Part shown: positions 1 to 7,894 of the stretch, one piece after another | How the letters are laid out: each line of letters opens with the position of its first letter | Numbering within the stretch: position 1 is the first letter of the stretch | NCBI GenBank assembly: GCA_035645255.1 | Contig: DASQMY010000428.1 | Location: 1-44,180, forward strand | Reading direction: 5' to 3' | Origin: Mycobacteriales bacterium | GTDB taxonomy: Bacteria > Actinomycetota > Actinomycetes > BP-191 | Length of the DNA stretch: 44,180 bases | Notes under the pieces: generated by a model | The model's input: only the letters and a program-made list of their open reading frames with translations | Told to the model about the DNA's origin: nothing | Databases searched by the model: none | Position numbers and translations under genes: made by a program

Positions 1-72
1 CCGCGAGCCGCCGGACGGGTGCTTCCGCCGGTGGCAGGTAGGCTTCCGCGAGGAGCCTTCCCACCGGGTGTA

Positions 73-88
73 TCGAACATATGTTCGA
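73..88. promoter_or_regulatory. LexA (SOS) box, perfect palindrome TCGAAC-ATAT-GTTCGA
   Basis: Exact match to the actinobacterial/mycobacterial SOS-box consensus TCGAAC-N4-GTTCGA. It lies in non-coding DNA between the left window edge and the YbaK-like CDS. Confidence 0.7.
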
Positions 89-188
89 ACACTGGGAACA
101 GTAAACCTCGCCGCCGACAAGGTCAACGCCCAGTCGGCGAACTGTGGAGAAACCTCGCGGACCGCCGCCGCGTGGCAGGCTTGCCGCC

Positions 189-671
189 ATGCATCCCAGC
201 GCCGAGCGCGTCCAGCAGGCACTCCGCGACGGCGGTGTGGACAGCGAGGTCGTCGAGCTCACCGACGCGGCCACCACCGCCGCACTGGCCGCCGCCGCGC
301 TCGGCGTGACCGTCGGTCAGATCGCCAACAGCCTGGTCTTCGTCGCCGACGGCGAGCCGGTGCTCGTCCTGACCAGCGGCGCCAACCGCGTCGACACCGG
401 CAAGGTCGCCGCCGTGCTGGGCAGCACGAAGGTGCGCCGGGCCGACGCCCACACGGTCCGTGCCGCCACCGGCTACCCGATCGGCGGCGTTGCCCCCGTC
501 GCGCACACGACACCGCTGCCGGTTCTCATCGACCGCGACCTCGAGCAGTACGACGAGATCTGGGCGGCCGGCGGCACGCCACACACCGTCTTCCGCTCGA
601 CGTATGGCGAGCTGACGCGACTCAGCGGCGCGCGCCCGGCCGACGTCCGCACCGACCAGACCCCCGGCTAG
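189..671 (+). CDS. YbaK/EbsC-type aminoacyl-tRNA deacylase domain protein
   Basis: ORF 144..671 trimmed to ATG 189 (160 aa). The sequence is YbaK/ProX-like (..ANSLVFV..GYPIGGVAP..). Codons are GC3-rich. Confidence 0.8.
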   Translation: MHPSAERVQQALRDGGVDSEVVELTDAATTAALAAAALGVTVGQIANSLVFVADGEPVLVLTSGANRVDTGKVAAVLGSTKVRRADAHTVRAATGYPIGGVAPVAHTTPLPVLIDRDLEQYDEIWAAGGTPHTVFRSTYGELTRLSGARPADVRTDQTPG

Positions 672-788
672 ATCAGGCTGGCGAGGCAGCGGGCAGCCGG
701 TCGCGCAGCGCGCGCGAGGTGTGTCGGATCACCTGTCGGGAGAGGATGCGGGAGGCGTCCTGATGCACCGCGACCGGAAGGCGACACC

Positions 789-1139
789 GTGGAGATCTGG
801 TTCAACCCGAGCTGCTCGAAGTGCCGCACGGCCAAGGAGATGCTCGACGAGGCGGGCACCGACTACACCGTGCGTCGCTACCTCGACGACCCGCCGACCG
901 CCGACGAGCTCGAGCTGACCCTCGCCAAGCTGGACCTGCAGCCGTGGGACATCGCCCGGATGGACGAGCAGCTGGCCAAGGACATCGACCTGGCCGGCCT
1001 CGAGCAGGACCGCGAGAAGTGGCTCAACGTCCTCGTCGCCAACCCGATCCTGATCCAGCGGCCGATCATCGTCGTCGACGAGAGCCGCGCCGTCGTCGGG
1101 CGTACGGACGACGCCGTCCGCTCGGTGCTGCCGAGGTGA
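789..1139 (+). CDS. ArsC/Spx/YfgD-family thioredoxin-fold reductase-like protein
   Basis: ORF 789..1139 with a GTG start and SD GGAAGG 7 nt upstream. The N-terminal WFNPSCSKCR motif is typical of the ArsC family. Its stop overlaps the next start (GTGA). Confidence 0.8.
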   Translation: MEIWFNPSCSKCRTAKEMLDEAGTDYTVRRYLDDPPTADELELTLAKLDLQPWDIARMDEQLAKDIDLAGLEQDREKWLNVLVANPILIQRPIIVVDESRAVVGRTDDAVRSVLPR

Positions 1140-1843
1140 GCGACGAGCAGCGCCGGGCGCTGGCGGTGGCCGCACACCCGGACGACATCGACTTCGGCGC
1201 GTCCGGCACGATCGCCCTCTGGGTCGAGCAGGGCTGGGACGTGCACTACGTCGTCGTCACCTCCGGCCAACGCGGGGTGCAGGACGTCGACCAGGACATC
1301 CACGAGTTCGGCCAGCTGCGCGAGGCCGAGCAGCGCGCCGCGGCGCAGGTCCTCGGCGTCACCGAGGTCCGTTTCCTCGGTTACATCGACAACGACGTCG
1401 TGCTCGACCACCGGCTGCGAAAGGACATCGCGCGCGAGTTCCGCCGCCACCGGCCGCACCGGCTGTTCGCGATGACGCCCGACCTGCTGCCGACCGACTT
1501 CTTCGTCAACCACCCCGACCACCGAGCAGTCGGTACGGCGACGCTCGACATCACGATGACCGGCGGCACCACCGCGGCGATCTACCCCGAGCTGATCCGT
1601 GACGAAGGCCTCCAGCCCTGGCGCGAGCTGGAGGAGACGTGGCTGATGGGGCCGGGCGGCGGCAGCACCGTCGTCGACATCACCAGCACGGTCGACCGGA
1701 GGTTCGAGGCGCTGCGCGCGCACAAGAGCCAGACCGGTGACTCCGACGTCGAGGCGTTCATCCGCCCGCGGCTGGCCGAGATCGGCCGGCCGCACGGATA
1801 CGCGTACGCCGAGTCGTTCCGCGTCATCAGCTACCGTCGCTGA
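1136..1843 (+). CDS. PIG-L/LmbE-family deacetylase
   Basis: Distal part of ORF 821..1843, with GTG 1136 overlapping the ArsC-family stop. Carries the AHPDDIDFG and HPDH motifs of LmbE-like zinc deacetylases. Confidence 0.85.
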   Translation: MSDEQRRALAVAAHPDDIDFGASGTIALWVEQGWDVHYVVVTSGQRGVQDVDQDIHEFGQLREAEQRAAAQVLGVTEVRFLGYIDNDVVLDHRLRKDIAREFRRHRPHRLFAMTPDLLPTDFFVNHPDHRAVGTATLDITMTGGTTAAIYPELIRDEGLQPWRELEETWLMGPGGGSTVVDITSTVDRRFEALRAHKSQTGDSDVEAFIRPRLAEIGRPHGYAYAESFRVISYRR

Positions 1844-1975
1844 CTGAGCTCCGCCCCTCAGCGATTCGTCGACCTGTGACCGATCGTGCCGGTCGCGCCA
1901 CGTTCAACCCGCCTCAGATCACCGGCCTCAACGGTCAGAAGTGGGCCAGCCACTGGCGTCCCGGTGGTTCCGACG

Positions 1976-2623
1976 TCAGCCGCCGGCGAACTCGCGGTCG
2001 AACGCGAACAGCCGCACTCCCGGCGAGAACGGCGCGGGCGTGCCGGTCAGCACGTGGGTCCCGACGGAGAACAGCACATCGTCCGGCGCGACGAACGCCT
2101 GCTCGGCGAAGCCGGACTCGGCGAACCAGCCGCGGATCGCCGGCGTGAGGTCGGGCGCGCCGCGGTGCCGCGTCCAGATGACCGTCGCGCCCGGTGCGCA
2201 CAGCGATGGCAGCGCGCGGACGGTCCGTTCGACATCGGCGTCCGGCACGTTGCCGAAGACACCGCACATCAGCAACATGTCCGCCGGCACCGCGCCGGCG
2301 TATGCGTCGCTGAGCCCGGCGTCCCCGGTGACGACGTGGACGCGGTCGAGCCCGGCGGCCGAGGCGGCCGCCCGCGCAGCAGCCGCGTTGTCCGCGTCGT
2401 ACTCGACGAGCACTGCAGACACGTCGTCGGCGCGAGGGTGCCCGGACAGCACGCCGATCGCGTCGTGCCCCTGGCCGGCGCAGGCGCTGACCAGCCGCAG
2501 CGGGCCGTCCGGCGCCCGGTCGAGGGCCGACGCCAAGGACTCCTGTACGACGGCCAGCCGGCGGCTCAGCGTCGACGTCGGGTCGGCGTACGGCGCGTGC
2601 CACGCCCGCCAGTCGGGGGTCAC
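1976..2623 (-). CDS. class I SAM-dependent methyltransferase
   Basis: ORF 1976..2623 (GTG start). The core is Rossmann-like (VSACAGQGHD .. VEYD .. LMCGVFGN). It lies 28 nt downstream of the SIMPL gene on the same strand. Confidence 0.7.
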   Translation of the reverse strand: MTPDWRAWHAPYADPTSTLSRRLAVVQESLASALDRAPDGPLRLVSACAGQGHDAIGVLSGHPRADDVSAVLVEYDADNAAAARAAASAAGLDRVHVVTGDAGLSDAYAGAVPADMLLMCGVFGNVPDADVERTVRALPSLCAPGATVIWTRHRGAPDLTPAIRGWFAESGFAEQAFVAPDDVLFSVGTHVLTGTPAPFSPGVRLFAFDREFAGG

Positions 2624-2651
2624 CGGCCCGCCCGCAGCGATGAACCAGGCG

Positions 2652-3305
2652 TCATGCGAGGGACCAGCGCACCGTCACGCCGACCCGGACGTCCTGGTCA
2701 CCCTCCTCGATCGGCGCCGCCCGCGCGTCGTGCTGAAGCGGCGCGTACTCCGTCCAGCCGCTCTCGAACGGCGCGACGCCGCCGGCGGAGTGCTCCACGA
2801 CCGAGTGCACCGCGGCGAGCCGGCGGTCGGCCAGCATGGCGTAGTGCGTGGCCTTGCTCCGCGCATCCTCGAACGCCAGCTCCCGCGCAGCCCGCTGCGC
2901 AGCTTCGGGGTCGTCCACCGACAGCGTCATCTGCTCGACGCGTACGGCGTCGCCGCCCGCCTCGACCGCGGCTGCGACCACCTCCCCGGCCGAGCCGACG
3001 TCCCGAACCCGCGCGGTGACCCGGACCGTCGCCTCGAAGCCGTGCGGCGCCGCGCCCTCCGGGCCGTGCTGCCACGCCTGCTCGACGCGCATCCCCGACG
3101 TGCGCAGGTCTCGGTCAGCAACGCCGGTTGCGCGCAAGGCGGCCGACACCGAGGTCGCGGCGGCAGACGCCCCGTCCAGCGCGGAGCGCACCGACTCTGC
3201 GAGCACGACCGCGGCCAGTCCGAGCAGCACGACGTCCGGTGCGACGCCGACGCGGCCCGTTCCGACGACTGTCACACCGGCCGGCAGGTCCTCGTCCGAC
3301 GGCAT
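2652..3305 (-). CDS. SIMPL/DUF541 domain protein
   Basis: ORF 2652..3419 trimmed to ATG 3305. The sequence is DUF541-like (VTVVGTGRVGVAPD.., ..DPEAAQRAARELAFEDARSKA..). Confidence 0.7.
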   Translation of the reverse strand: MPSDEDLPAGVTVVGTGRVGVAPDVVLLGLAAVVLAESVRSALDGASAAATSVSAALRATGVADRDLRTSGMRVEQAWQHGPEGAAPHGFEATVRVTARVRDVGSAGEVVAAAVEAGGDAVRVEQMTLSVDDPEAAQRAARELAFEDARSKATHYAMLADRRLAAVHSVVEHSAGGVAPFESGWTEYAPLQHDARAAPIEEGDQDVRVGVTVRWSLA

Positions 3306-3312
3306 GACGTGC

Positions 3313-3318
3313 AGCGTA
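3313..3318 (-). promoter_or_regulatory. -10 hexamer TACGCT, 7 nt upstream of the SIMPL ATG (leaderless start)
   Basis: The minus strand reads TACGCT-gcacgtc-ATG. TANNNT matches the actinobacterial -10 consensus, and there is no SD. Confidence 0.4.
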
Positions 3319-3343
3319 GTCCGGACCAGCCCCCGGCCCGCCC

Positions 3344-3349
3344 TAGACT
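3344..3349 (+). promoter_or_regulatory. -10 hexamer TAGACT, 6 nt upstream of the prenyl synthase GTG (leaderless start)
   Basis: The sequence reads TAGACT-ggcgcg-GTG(3356). This is TANNNT with canonical spacing to +1 and no SD. Confidence 0.45.
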
Positions 3350-3355
3350 GGCGCG

Positions 3356-4435
3356 GTGCCCGACGACCTGAGCGAGCTGCTCGACACCGCCGACCTGCGC
3401 GAGCGCGTGCACGACGCACTGGCCGCCTTCCTCGCCGGGCAGGTCGCCGATCTCGACGCGATCGGGGACGAGCTCGCGCCGGTCGGCGAGGCGCTGCAGG
3501 AGTTCGTGCTCGACGGCGGCAAGCGGGTGCGGCCGGCGTTCTGCTACTGGGGCTGGCGCGGCGCGGGCGGCGCCGACACCGACGGGATCGTCACCGCCGC
3601 CGGCGCGCTGGAGCTGGTGCACGCCGGCGCGCTGATCCACGACGACGTCATGGACGCCTCGGACACCCGGCGCGGGCGGCCGGCCGTGCACCGCCGCTTC
3701 GAGATGCTCCACCGCAAGGAGGGCTGGCACGGCGAGGCGGAGGCGTTCGGCACGTCGGCGGCGATCCTGCTCGGCGACCTCTGCCTGATCTGGGCCGACC
3801 AGATGCTGCTCGCGTCCGGGCTGCCCGGCGACACGCTCGTCCGCGGCCGGCCGACGTTCGACCTGATGCAGTCCGAGGTGATGGCCGGCCAGTACCTCGA
3901 CGTGCTCGAGCAGGCCCGCGGCGGTGCGAGCGTCGAGCGCGCGATGCGCGTCGCCCGCTACAAGACCGCGAAGTACACCATCGAGCGCCCGCTCCAGCTC
4001 GGCGCCAAGCTGGCCGGCGCCGACGCGCAGATCACCGCCGCCTACTCGGCGTACGGCGTGCCGCTCGGCGAGGCGTTCCAGCTGCGCGACGACGTGCTCG
4101 GGGTGTTCGGCGACCCGGCCGAGACCGGCAAGCCGGCCGGCGACGACCTGCGCGAGGGCAAGCGCACCGTGCTGCTGGCGATGGCCGCGCAGCGCGCCGA
4201 CGCACGGCAGGCCGCGGTGCTGGAAGCCGGCGTGGGAGACGCCGCACTGGACTCCGCAGGGGTCGACGAGATCCGGCAGGTCATCCAGCGGACCGGCGCA
4301 CTCGCCGAGGTCGAGCGGCTGGTCACGCTGCGGACCCAGGAGGCGACCGCGGCGCTGGAGACTGCCGCGCTGGACGCCGACGCGGCGGGCGTCCTGCGCC
4401 GCCTCGCGCACGCCGCGACGTCCCGCGTCGGCTAG
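3356..4435 (+). CDS. idsA: polyprenyl (geranylgeranyl) diphosphate synthase
   Basis: ORF 3356..4435. Both Asp-rich motifs are present (LIHDDVMDASDTRRG and FQLRDDVLGVFGD). Its position is equivalent to M. tuberculosis idsA2. Confidence 0.9.
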   Translation: MPDDLSELLDTADLRERVHDALAAFLAGQVADLDAIGDELAPVGEALQEFVLDGGKRVRPAFCYWGWRGAGGADTDGIVTAAGALELVHAGALIHDDVMDASDTRRGRPAVHRRFEMLHRKEGWHGEAEAFGTSAAILLGDLCLIWADQMLLASGLPGDTLVRGRPTFDLMQSEVMAGQYLDVLEQARGGASVERAMRVARYKTAKYTIERPLQLGAKLAGADAQITAAYSAYGVPLGEAFQLRDDVLGVFGDPAETGKPAGDDLREGKRTVLLAMAAQRADARQAAVLEAGVGDAALDSAGVDEIRQVIQRTGALAEVERLVTLRTQEATAALETAALDADAAGVLRRLAHAATSRVG

Positions 4436-4592
4436 CCACCACGCTCGCGGCTGGGCCATCCGGTCGAACGCGGAGGGCCACCCCGCCCAGCGCGAAGTCA
4501 CGCCGTACGGACGTTCCTGGAGCCCTGGCGGGCGTCGAAACACTCTCTGCCGCCGCAAGACGGCGCTTCCGCCCAGACCCCAGGGGGTCACC

Positions 4593-5183
4593 TTGAACGG
4601 CATCTTCTTCGTCCTGATGCGTCGTCTGGTCGTCAGCGACTCCGGGCCCCAGGCGTGGGTCCACCTGCTCCGCGACGCCGGCCTCGACGACTGCGTCTTC
4701 ACCGCCGAGCGCAGCTATCCCGACTCGTACGCCGCGCGGCTGCTCACCACCGCCGCCACCGCTGCAGGCGTTACGCAGGCCGAGCTGCTCGAGGCGTTCG
4801 GCCGGTTCGCCGCACCCGACCTGCTCCGTGAGCACCCGGAGCTCGTCCAGCCGGGCTGGACGACCCTCGAGTGCATCGAGCGCACCGCGCACGCCGCGCA
4901 GCAGCTGATGGGCAGCAGCGACCTCGTCGCCGCGCACCTGCCGGACGGCGAGCTCGTCGTCACGCTCACCCTGCCGCCGCACCTGTGCGCACTCGCCAAG
5001 GGCGTGCTGCTCGGCCTGGGCGACCACTACGGCCACGTCGTCCACGTCGCCGAGACCGGCTGCCAGGACGAGGGCCACCCGGGCTGCACGTTCGCGGTCC
5101 GCTCCAGCGTGCTGGTGAGCGGCCCGGCGACCCCCGAGGGCTGGATGGAGCTGATGGGCGCGCCGGTCATGTCGCTGAACTAG
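4593..5183 (+). CDS. H-NOX (heme NO-binding, HNOB) domain protein, stand-alone
   Basis: Distal part of ORF 3924..5183. A TTG start at 4593 has SD AGGGGG 5 nt upstream. (M)NGIFFVLM.. resembles the H-NOX N-terminus MKGI(I/V)F. Candidate proximal His lies in CIERTAHAAQQL. The C-terminal LAKGVLLGLGDHYG resembles sGC [16 protein letters not shown]. Confidence 0.65.
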   Translation: MNGIFFVLMRRLVVSDSGPQAWVHLLRDAGLDDCVFTAERSYPDSYAARLLTTAATAAGVTQAELLEAFGRFAAPDLLREHPELVQPGWTTLECIERTAHAAQQLMGSSDLVAAHLPDGELVVTLTLPPHLCALAKGVLLGLGDHYGHVVHVAETGCQDEGHPGCTFAVRSSVLVSGPATPEGWMELMGAPVMSLN

Positions 5184-5299
5184 CGGCGACGAGAGCTCCT
5201 GGACGCGCTTGCGCGCGGGGGCCGGCGGGTCAGGTGCCCTGGGCGGACATCTGGTCGGGAGGCGGTCACCGACGCACGACGCAGCGGACAGGGTACGAC

Positions 5300-5334
5300 G
5301 CGAGGAGGCAGCCGGGCGACCGGGGCCTCCTCGC
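5300..5334 (+). terminator. hairpin GCGAGGAGGC-N15-GCCTCCTCGC downstream of the H-NOX gene
   Basis: Perfect 10-bp inverted repeat followed by the T-containing tail TGTCGTGTGCGTGGTT. There is no clean U-tract. Confidence 0.35.
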
Positions 5335-5405
5335 TGTCGTGTGCGTGGTTGCCCGGGGGCTGACGCGGGCAGGAGGTCAACCGCCGACACTGGAGGAAAG
5401 TGCTG

Positions 5406-5615
5406 ATGGCAGACACCGGGCCACGCCCGAACGAGACCCCGGAGGCCGAGGGCTCGACGCCGATGACGCTGCACGAGCAGGGCGGTCCCAACACGGGCGA
5501 CCGGGCCGGCTCGGACCGCAAGCCGATGGTGCTGGGCCTCGGGCTGATGGGCGTCCTGGTCGTCGTGATGGTGATCGCCGTCGTGATCGGCGTGATCATG
5601 ACGATGTCCGGCTGA
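5406..5615 (+). CDS. small membrane protein (69 aa, single C-terminal TM helix)
   Basis: ORF 5400..5615. ATG 5406 lies 9 nt after GGAGG. Codons are strongly GC3-rich. The hydrophobic tail is MVLGLGLMGVLVVVMVIAVVIGVIM. Confidence 0.55.
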   Translation: MADTGPRPNETPEAEGSTPMTLHEQGGPNTGDRAGSDRKPMVLGLGLMGVLVVVMVIAVVIGVIMTMSG

Positions 5616-5670
5616 CCCGGCCGCTCCACCGCCGTCCCCAGTGGCGGAACGACGGTCCACGACCGCTCGT

Positions 5671-5676
5671 TAGACT
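5671..5676 (+). promoter_or_regulatory. -10 hexamer TAGACT, 8 nt upstream of TTG 5685
   Basis: The sequence reads TAGACT-ggcgcgcc-TTG. The same TAGACTGG word occurs upstream of idsA and of the kinase gene. Confidence 0.35.
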
Positions 5677-5684
5677 GGCGCGCC

Positions 5685-6629
5685 TTGCCCGCTCGCTCAC
5701 CGCAGAGGACCCCGTTGAACCGTCGCGACTTCCTCCGGATCGGTGCGCTCGCCCCGGTCGCCGTACCGCTGCTGGCGGGGTGCAGCGGCGGTAAGGACGG
5801 CCCGGCGGCGAAGAGCCCCGGCGCGACCACTGCCGCTACCGGCCGCTCGCTCGGAGACCTGGTCTCCGGCGGCGACGGCCAGCTGCAGATGGGTGACGCG
5901 CAGGGCGAGAACGTCGTCGGGGCCGACCGCATCGCGTTCGGCCTCCGCGCCCCGGACAAGACGGCGGTCACCGACGCCGACGTCACGGTGTACGCCGGTC
6001 GGGACGCCGGCCAGCCGCCGCTCGCCGAGGCGAAGGCGACCTGGGTGGCCGGCGAGCTCGCACCGATGGCGCTCTACGTCGCGAAGCTGCCGTTCGCGAC
6101 ACCGGGCGAGTGGCTGGTCGGCGTGAGGGCGAAGACGAAGGACGGCAAGACCTACAACGGCGGGCTGCGGCTCGAGGTCGCCGGGACGTCGCCGTCACCG
6201 ATGCCGGGCGACCGGGCGATCTCGACGCCGACCCCTACCACCGCACGGCCGATGGGCGCCGACCCGCTCTGCTCGGACGCACCGGTCTGCTCGATGCACG
6301 GCGTGTCGCTCGACAAGGCGCTCACCAACGGCAAGCCGACGGTCATCACCTTCGCCGCTCCGGCGTACTGCCAGAGCGAGACCTGCGGACCTGTGGTCGC
6401 CCTGGTGGAGGAGCAGGCCGCGCGCGTAGGCGGCAGGGCCAACTTCATCCACGTCGAGGCCTACGACAAGGACAAGGTCGGCGTGCTGGCCAAGCCGCTC
6501 GCCCAGTGGAAGTTCGTCATCGAGCCGTGGACCTACTTCATCGACGCCAAGGGCGTGGTGAAGAGCCGGCTGCCGGGGGCGTTCGGCGCAGCGGAGCTCG
6601 CCGAGCACGTCGCCGCCCTCGGGCTGTAG
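5685..6629 (+). CDS. Tat-signal lipoprotein with C-terminal thioredoxin-like domain
   Basis: ORF 5685..6629, with an alternative TTG start at 5715. It has a twin-arginine motif (NRRDFLRIG), a lipobox (LLAGCSG) and a Cys pair (YCQSETCGP) in a TlpA/redoxin-like C-terminal half. Confidence 0.75.
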   Translation: MPARSPQRTPLNRRDFLRIGALAPVAVPLLAGCSGGKDGPAAKSPGATTAATGRSLGDLVSGGDGQLQMGDAQGENVVGADRIAFGLRAPDKTAVTDADVTVYAGRDAGQPPLAEAKATWVAGELAPMALYVAKLPFATPGEWLVGVRAKTKDGKTYNGGLRLEVAGTSPSPMPGDRAISTPTPTTARPMGADPLCSDAPVCSMHGVSLDKALTNGKPTVITFAAPAYCQSETCGPVVALVEEQAARVGGRANFIHVEAYDKDKVGVLAKPLAQWKFVIEPWTYFIDAKGVVKSRLPGAFGAAELAEHVAALGL

Positions 6630-6670
6630 CCACGCCGCGCGGCGGAGTCGCGGAGCCGCCCGTGCGTGTT

Positions 6671-7837
6671 TCAGCCCTTGACGCACATGACCTGACGGAG
6701 CTCGGCGACGACGTCGACGAGGTCGGCCTGGTCGGCCATCACCTGCTCGATCCGCTTGTAGGCACCGGGTATCTCGTCGACCACACCCGCGTCCTTCCGG
6801 CACTCGACGCCGGCGGTCTGCTCGACCAGGTCCGCCGTCGTGAATGCCTTGCGCGCCTGGGTCCGGCTCATCCGGCGGCCCGCACCGTGCGACGCCGACT
6901 CGAACGACTCGGGGTTGCCCTTGCCGCGGACGATGTACGACCGGGTGCCCATCGAGCCGGGGATGATGCCCAGCTCGCCGTCGCCCGCGCGGATCGCGCC
7001 CTTGCGGGTGACGAGCACGTCGGCGCCGTAGTGGTGCTCCTCGGCCACGTAGTTGTGGTGGCAGGAGATCGGCTGCCCGAACTCCACCTGGCCGAAGTGC
7101 CGCCGTACGACGTCCCGGCAGAGCCGCAGCATCGTCACCCGGTTGGCCATCGCGTAGCGCTGCGCCCAGAACAGGTCGTGCCGGTACGCCGCCATCTGCG
7201 GCGTCCCCGACACGAACACCGCCAGGTCCCGGTCGGGCAGGTCGGCGTTGTGCGGCAGTGCCCGGGCGACCGAGATGTGGTGCTCGGCGAGCTCCTTGCC
7301 GACGTTGCGCGAGCCGGAGTGCAGCATCAGCCAGACGCGGTCGGACGCGTCGAGGCAGAGCTCGATGAAGTGGTTGCCGCCGCCGAGGGTGCCGACCTGC
7401 CGCATCGCCTTGTCCAACCGGCCGCGCACGCGGGCGGCGAGCGCGTCGAACTCGGACCACAGGTCGGCGTCCGCCACGCCGGCGGCCGGCTGGTCGTGCA
7501 TGGTGAAGCTGACCGGGATCGCCGCCTCGACGTCGGAGCGGATGCGGCTGAGGTCGTCGGGGAGGTCGTCGGCCCGCAGGTTGGTGCGCACCGCCGTCAT
7601 GCCGCAGCCGATGTCGACGCCGACCGCAGCGGGCGACACCGCGTCACGCATCGCGATCACCGACCCGACGGTCGCGCCCTTGCCGAGGTGCACGTCCGGC
7701 ATCACCGCGATGTGGTGGTAGGCCCACGGCAGTGCGGCGATGTTGCGCAGCTGGTCGAGCGCCTGCGGCTCCACCTCGTGCGCGCGCGTCCAGAGGCTGA
7801 TCGGCACGTGCCGGGTCTGCAGGGTGTCGATGGGCAT
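6671..7837 (-). CDS. rtcB: RNA 3'-phosphate ligase RtcB
   Basis: ORF 6671..7837. RtcB hallmarks are present (MPDVHLGKGATVGSV, GGGNHFIE, HSGSRNVG, SHGAGR). Confidence 0.9.
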   Translation of the reverse strand: MPIDTLQTRHVPISLWTRAHEVEPQALDQLRNIAALPWAYHHIAVMPDVHLGKGATVGSVIAMRDAVSPAAVGVDIGCGMTAVRTNLRADDLPDDLSRIRSDVEAAIPVSFTMHDQPAAGVADADLWSEFDALAARVRGRLDKAMRQVGTLGGGNHFIELCLDASDRVWLMLHSGSRNVGKELAEHHISVARALPHNADLPDRDLAVFVSGTPQMAAYRHDLFWAQRYAMANRVTMLRLCRDVVRRHFGQVEFGQPISCHHNYVAEEHHYGADVLVTRKGAIRAGDGELGIIPGSMGTRSYIVRGKGNPESFESASHGAGRRMSRTQARKAFTTADLVEQTAGVECRKDAGVVDEIPGAYKRIEQVMADQADLVDVVAELRQVMCVKG

Positions 7838-7894
7838 GTCAGGTCGCTTTCGGTACGTCGAGCAGGCGCGAGCGGGGGGCGGGCGCCGGGCCGG

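Noticed and set aside
1-64. Possible 5' end of a minus-strand gene (GTG at 64, VGRLLAEAYLPP..) leaving the window
   Set aside because: It covers only about 20 codons, has moderate codon bias and shows no homology signal. It cannot be supported from this window alone and is mentioned only as a possible SOS-box target.
4436-4592. Riboswitch or structured leader upstream of the H-NOX gene (7-bp inverted repeat GCTGGGC..GCCCAGC with a 28-nt loop, plus small GC hairpins)
   Set aside because: I recognise no known riboswitch core. Stems of this size are expected by chance in GC-rich DNA.
2848-5660. Long overlapping ORFs 2848..4596(+), 3272..4702(-), 3924..5183(+, N-terminal part) and 4323..5660(-)
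   Set aside because: These are shadow frames of the idsA and H-NOX genes, with Arg/Pro-rich translations and poor third-position GC bias. Only 3356..4435 and 4593..5183 show family similarity.
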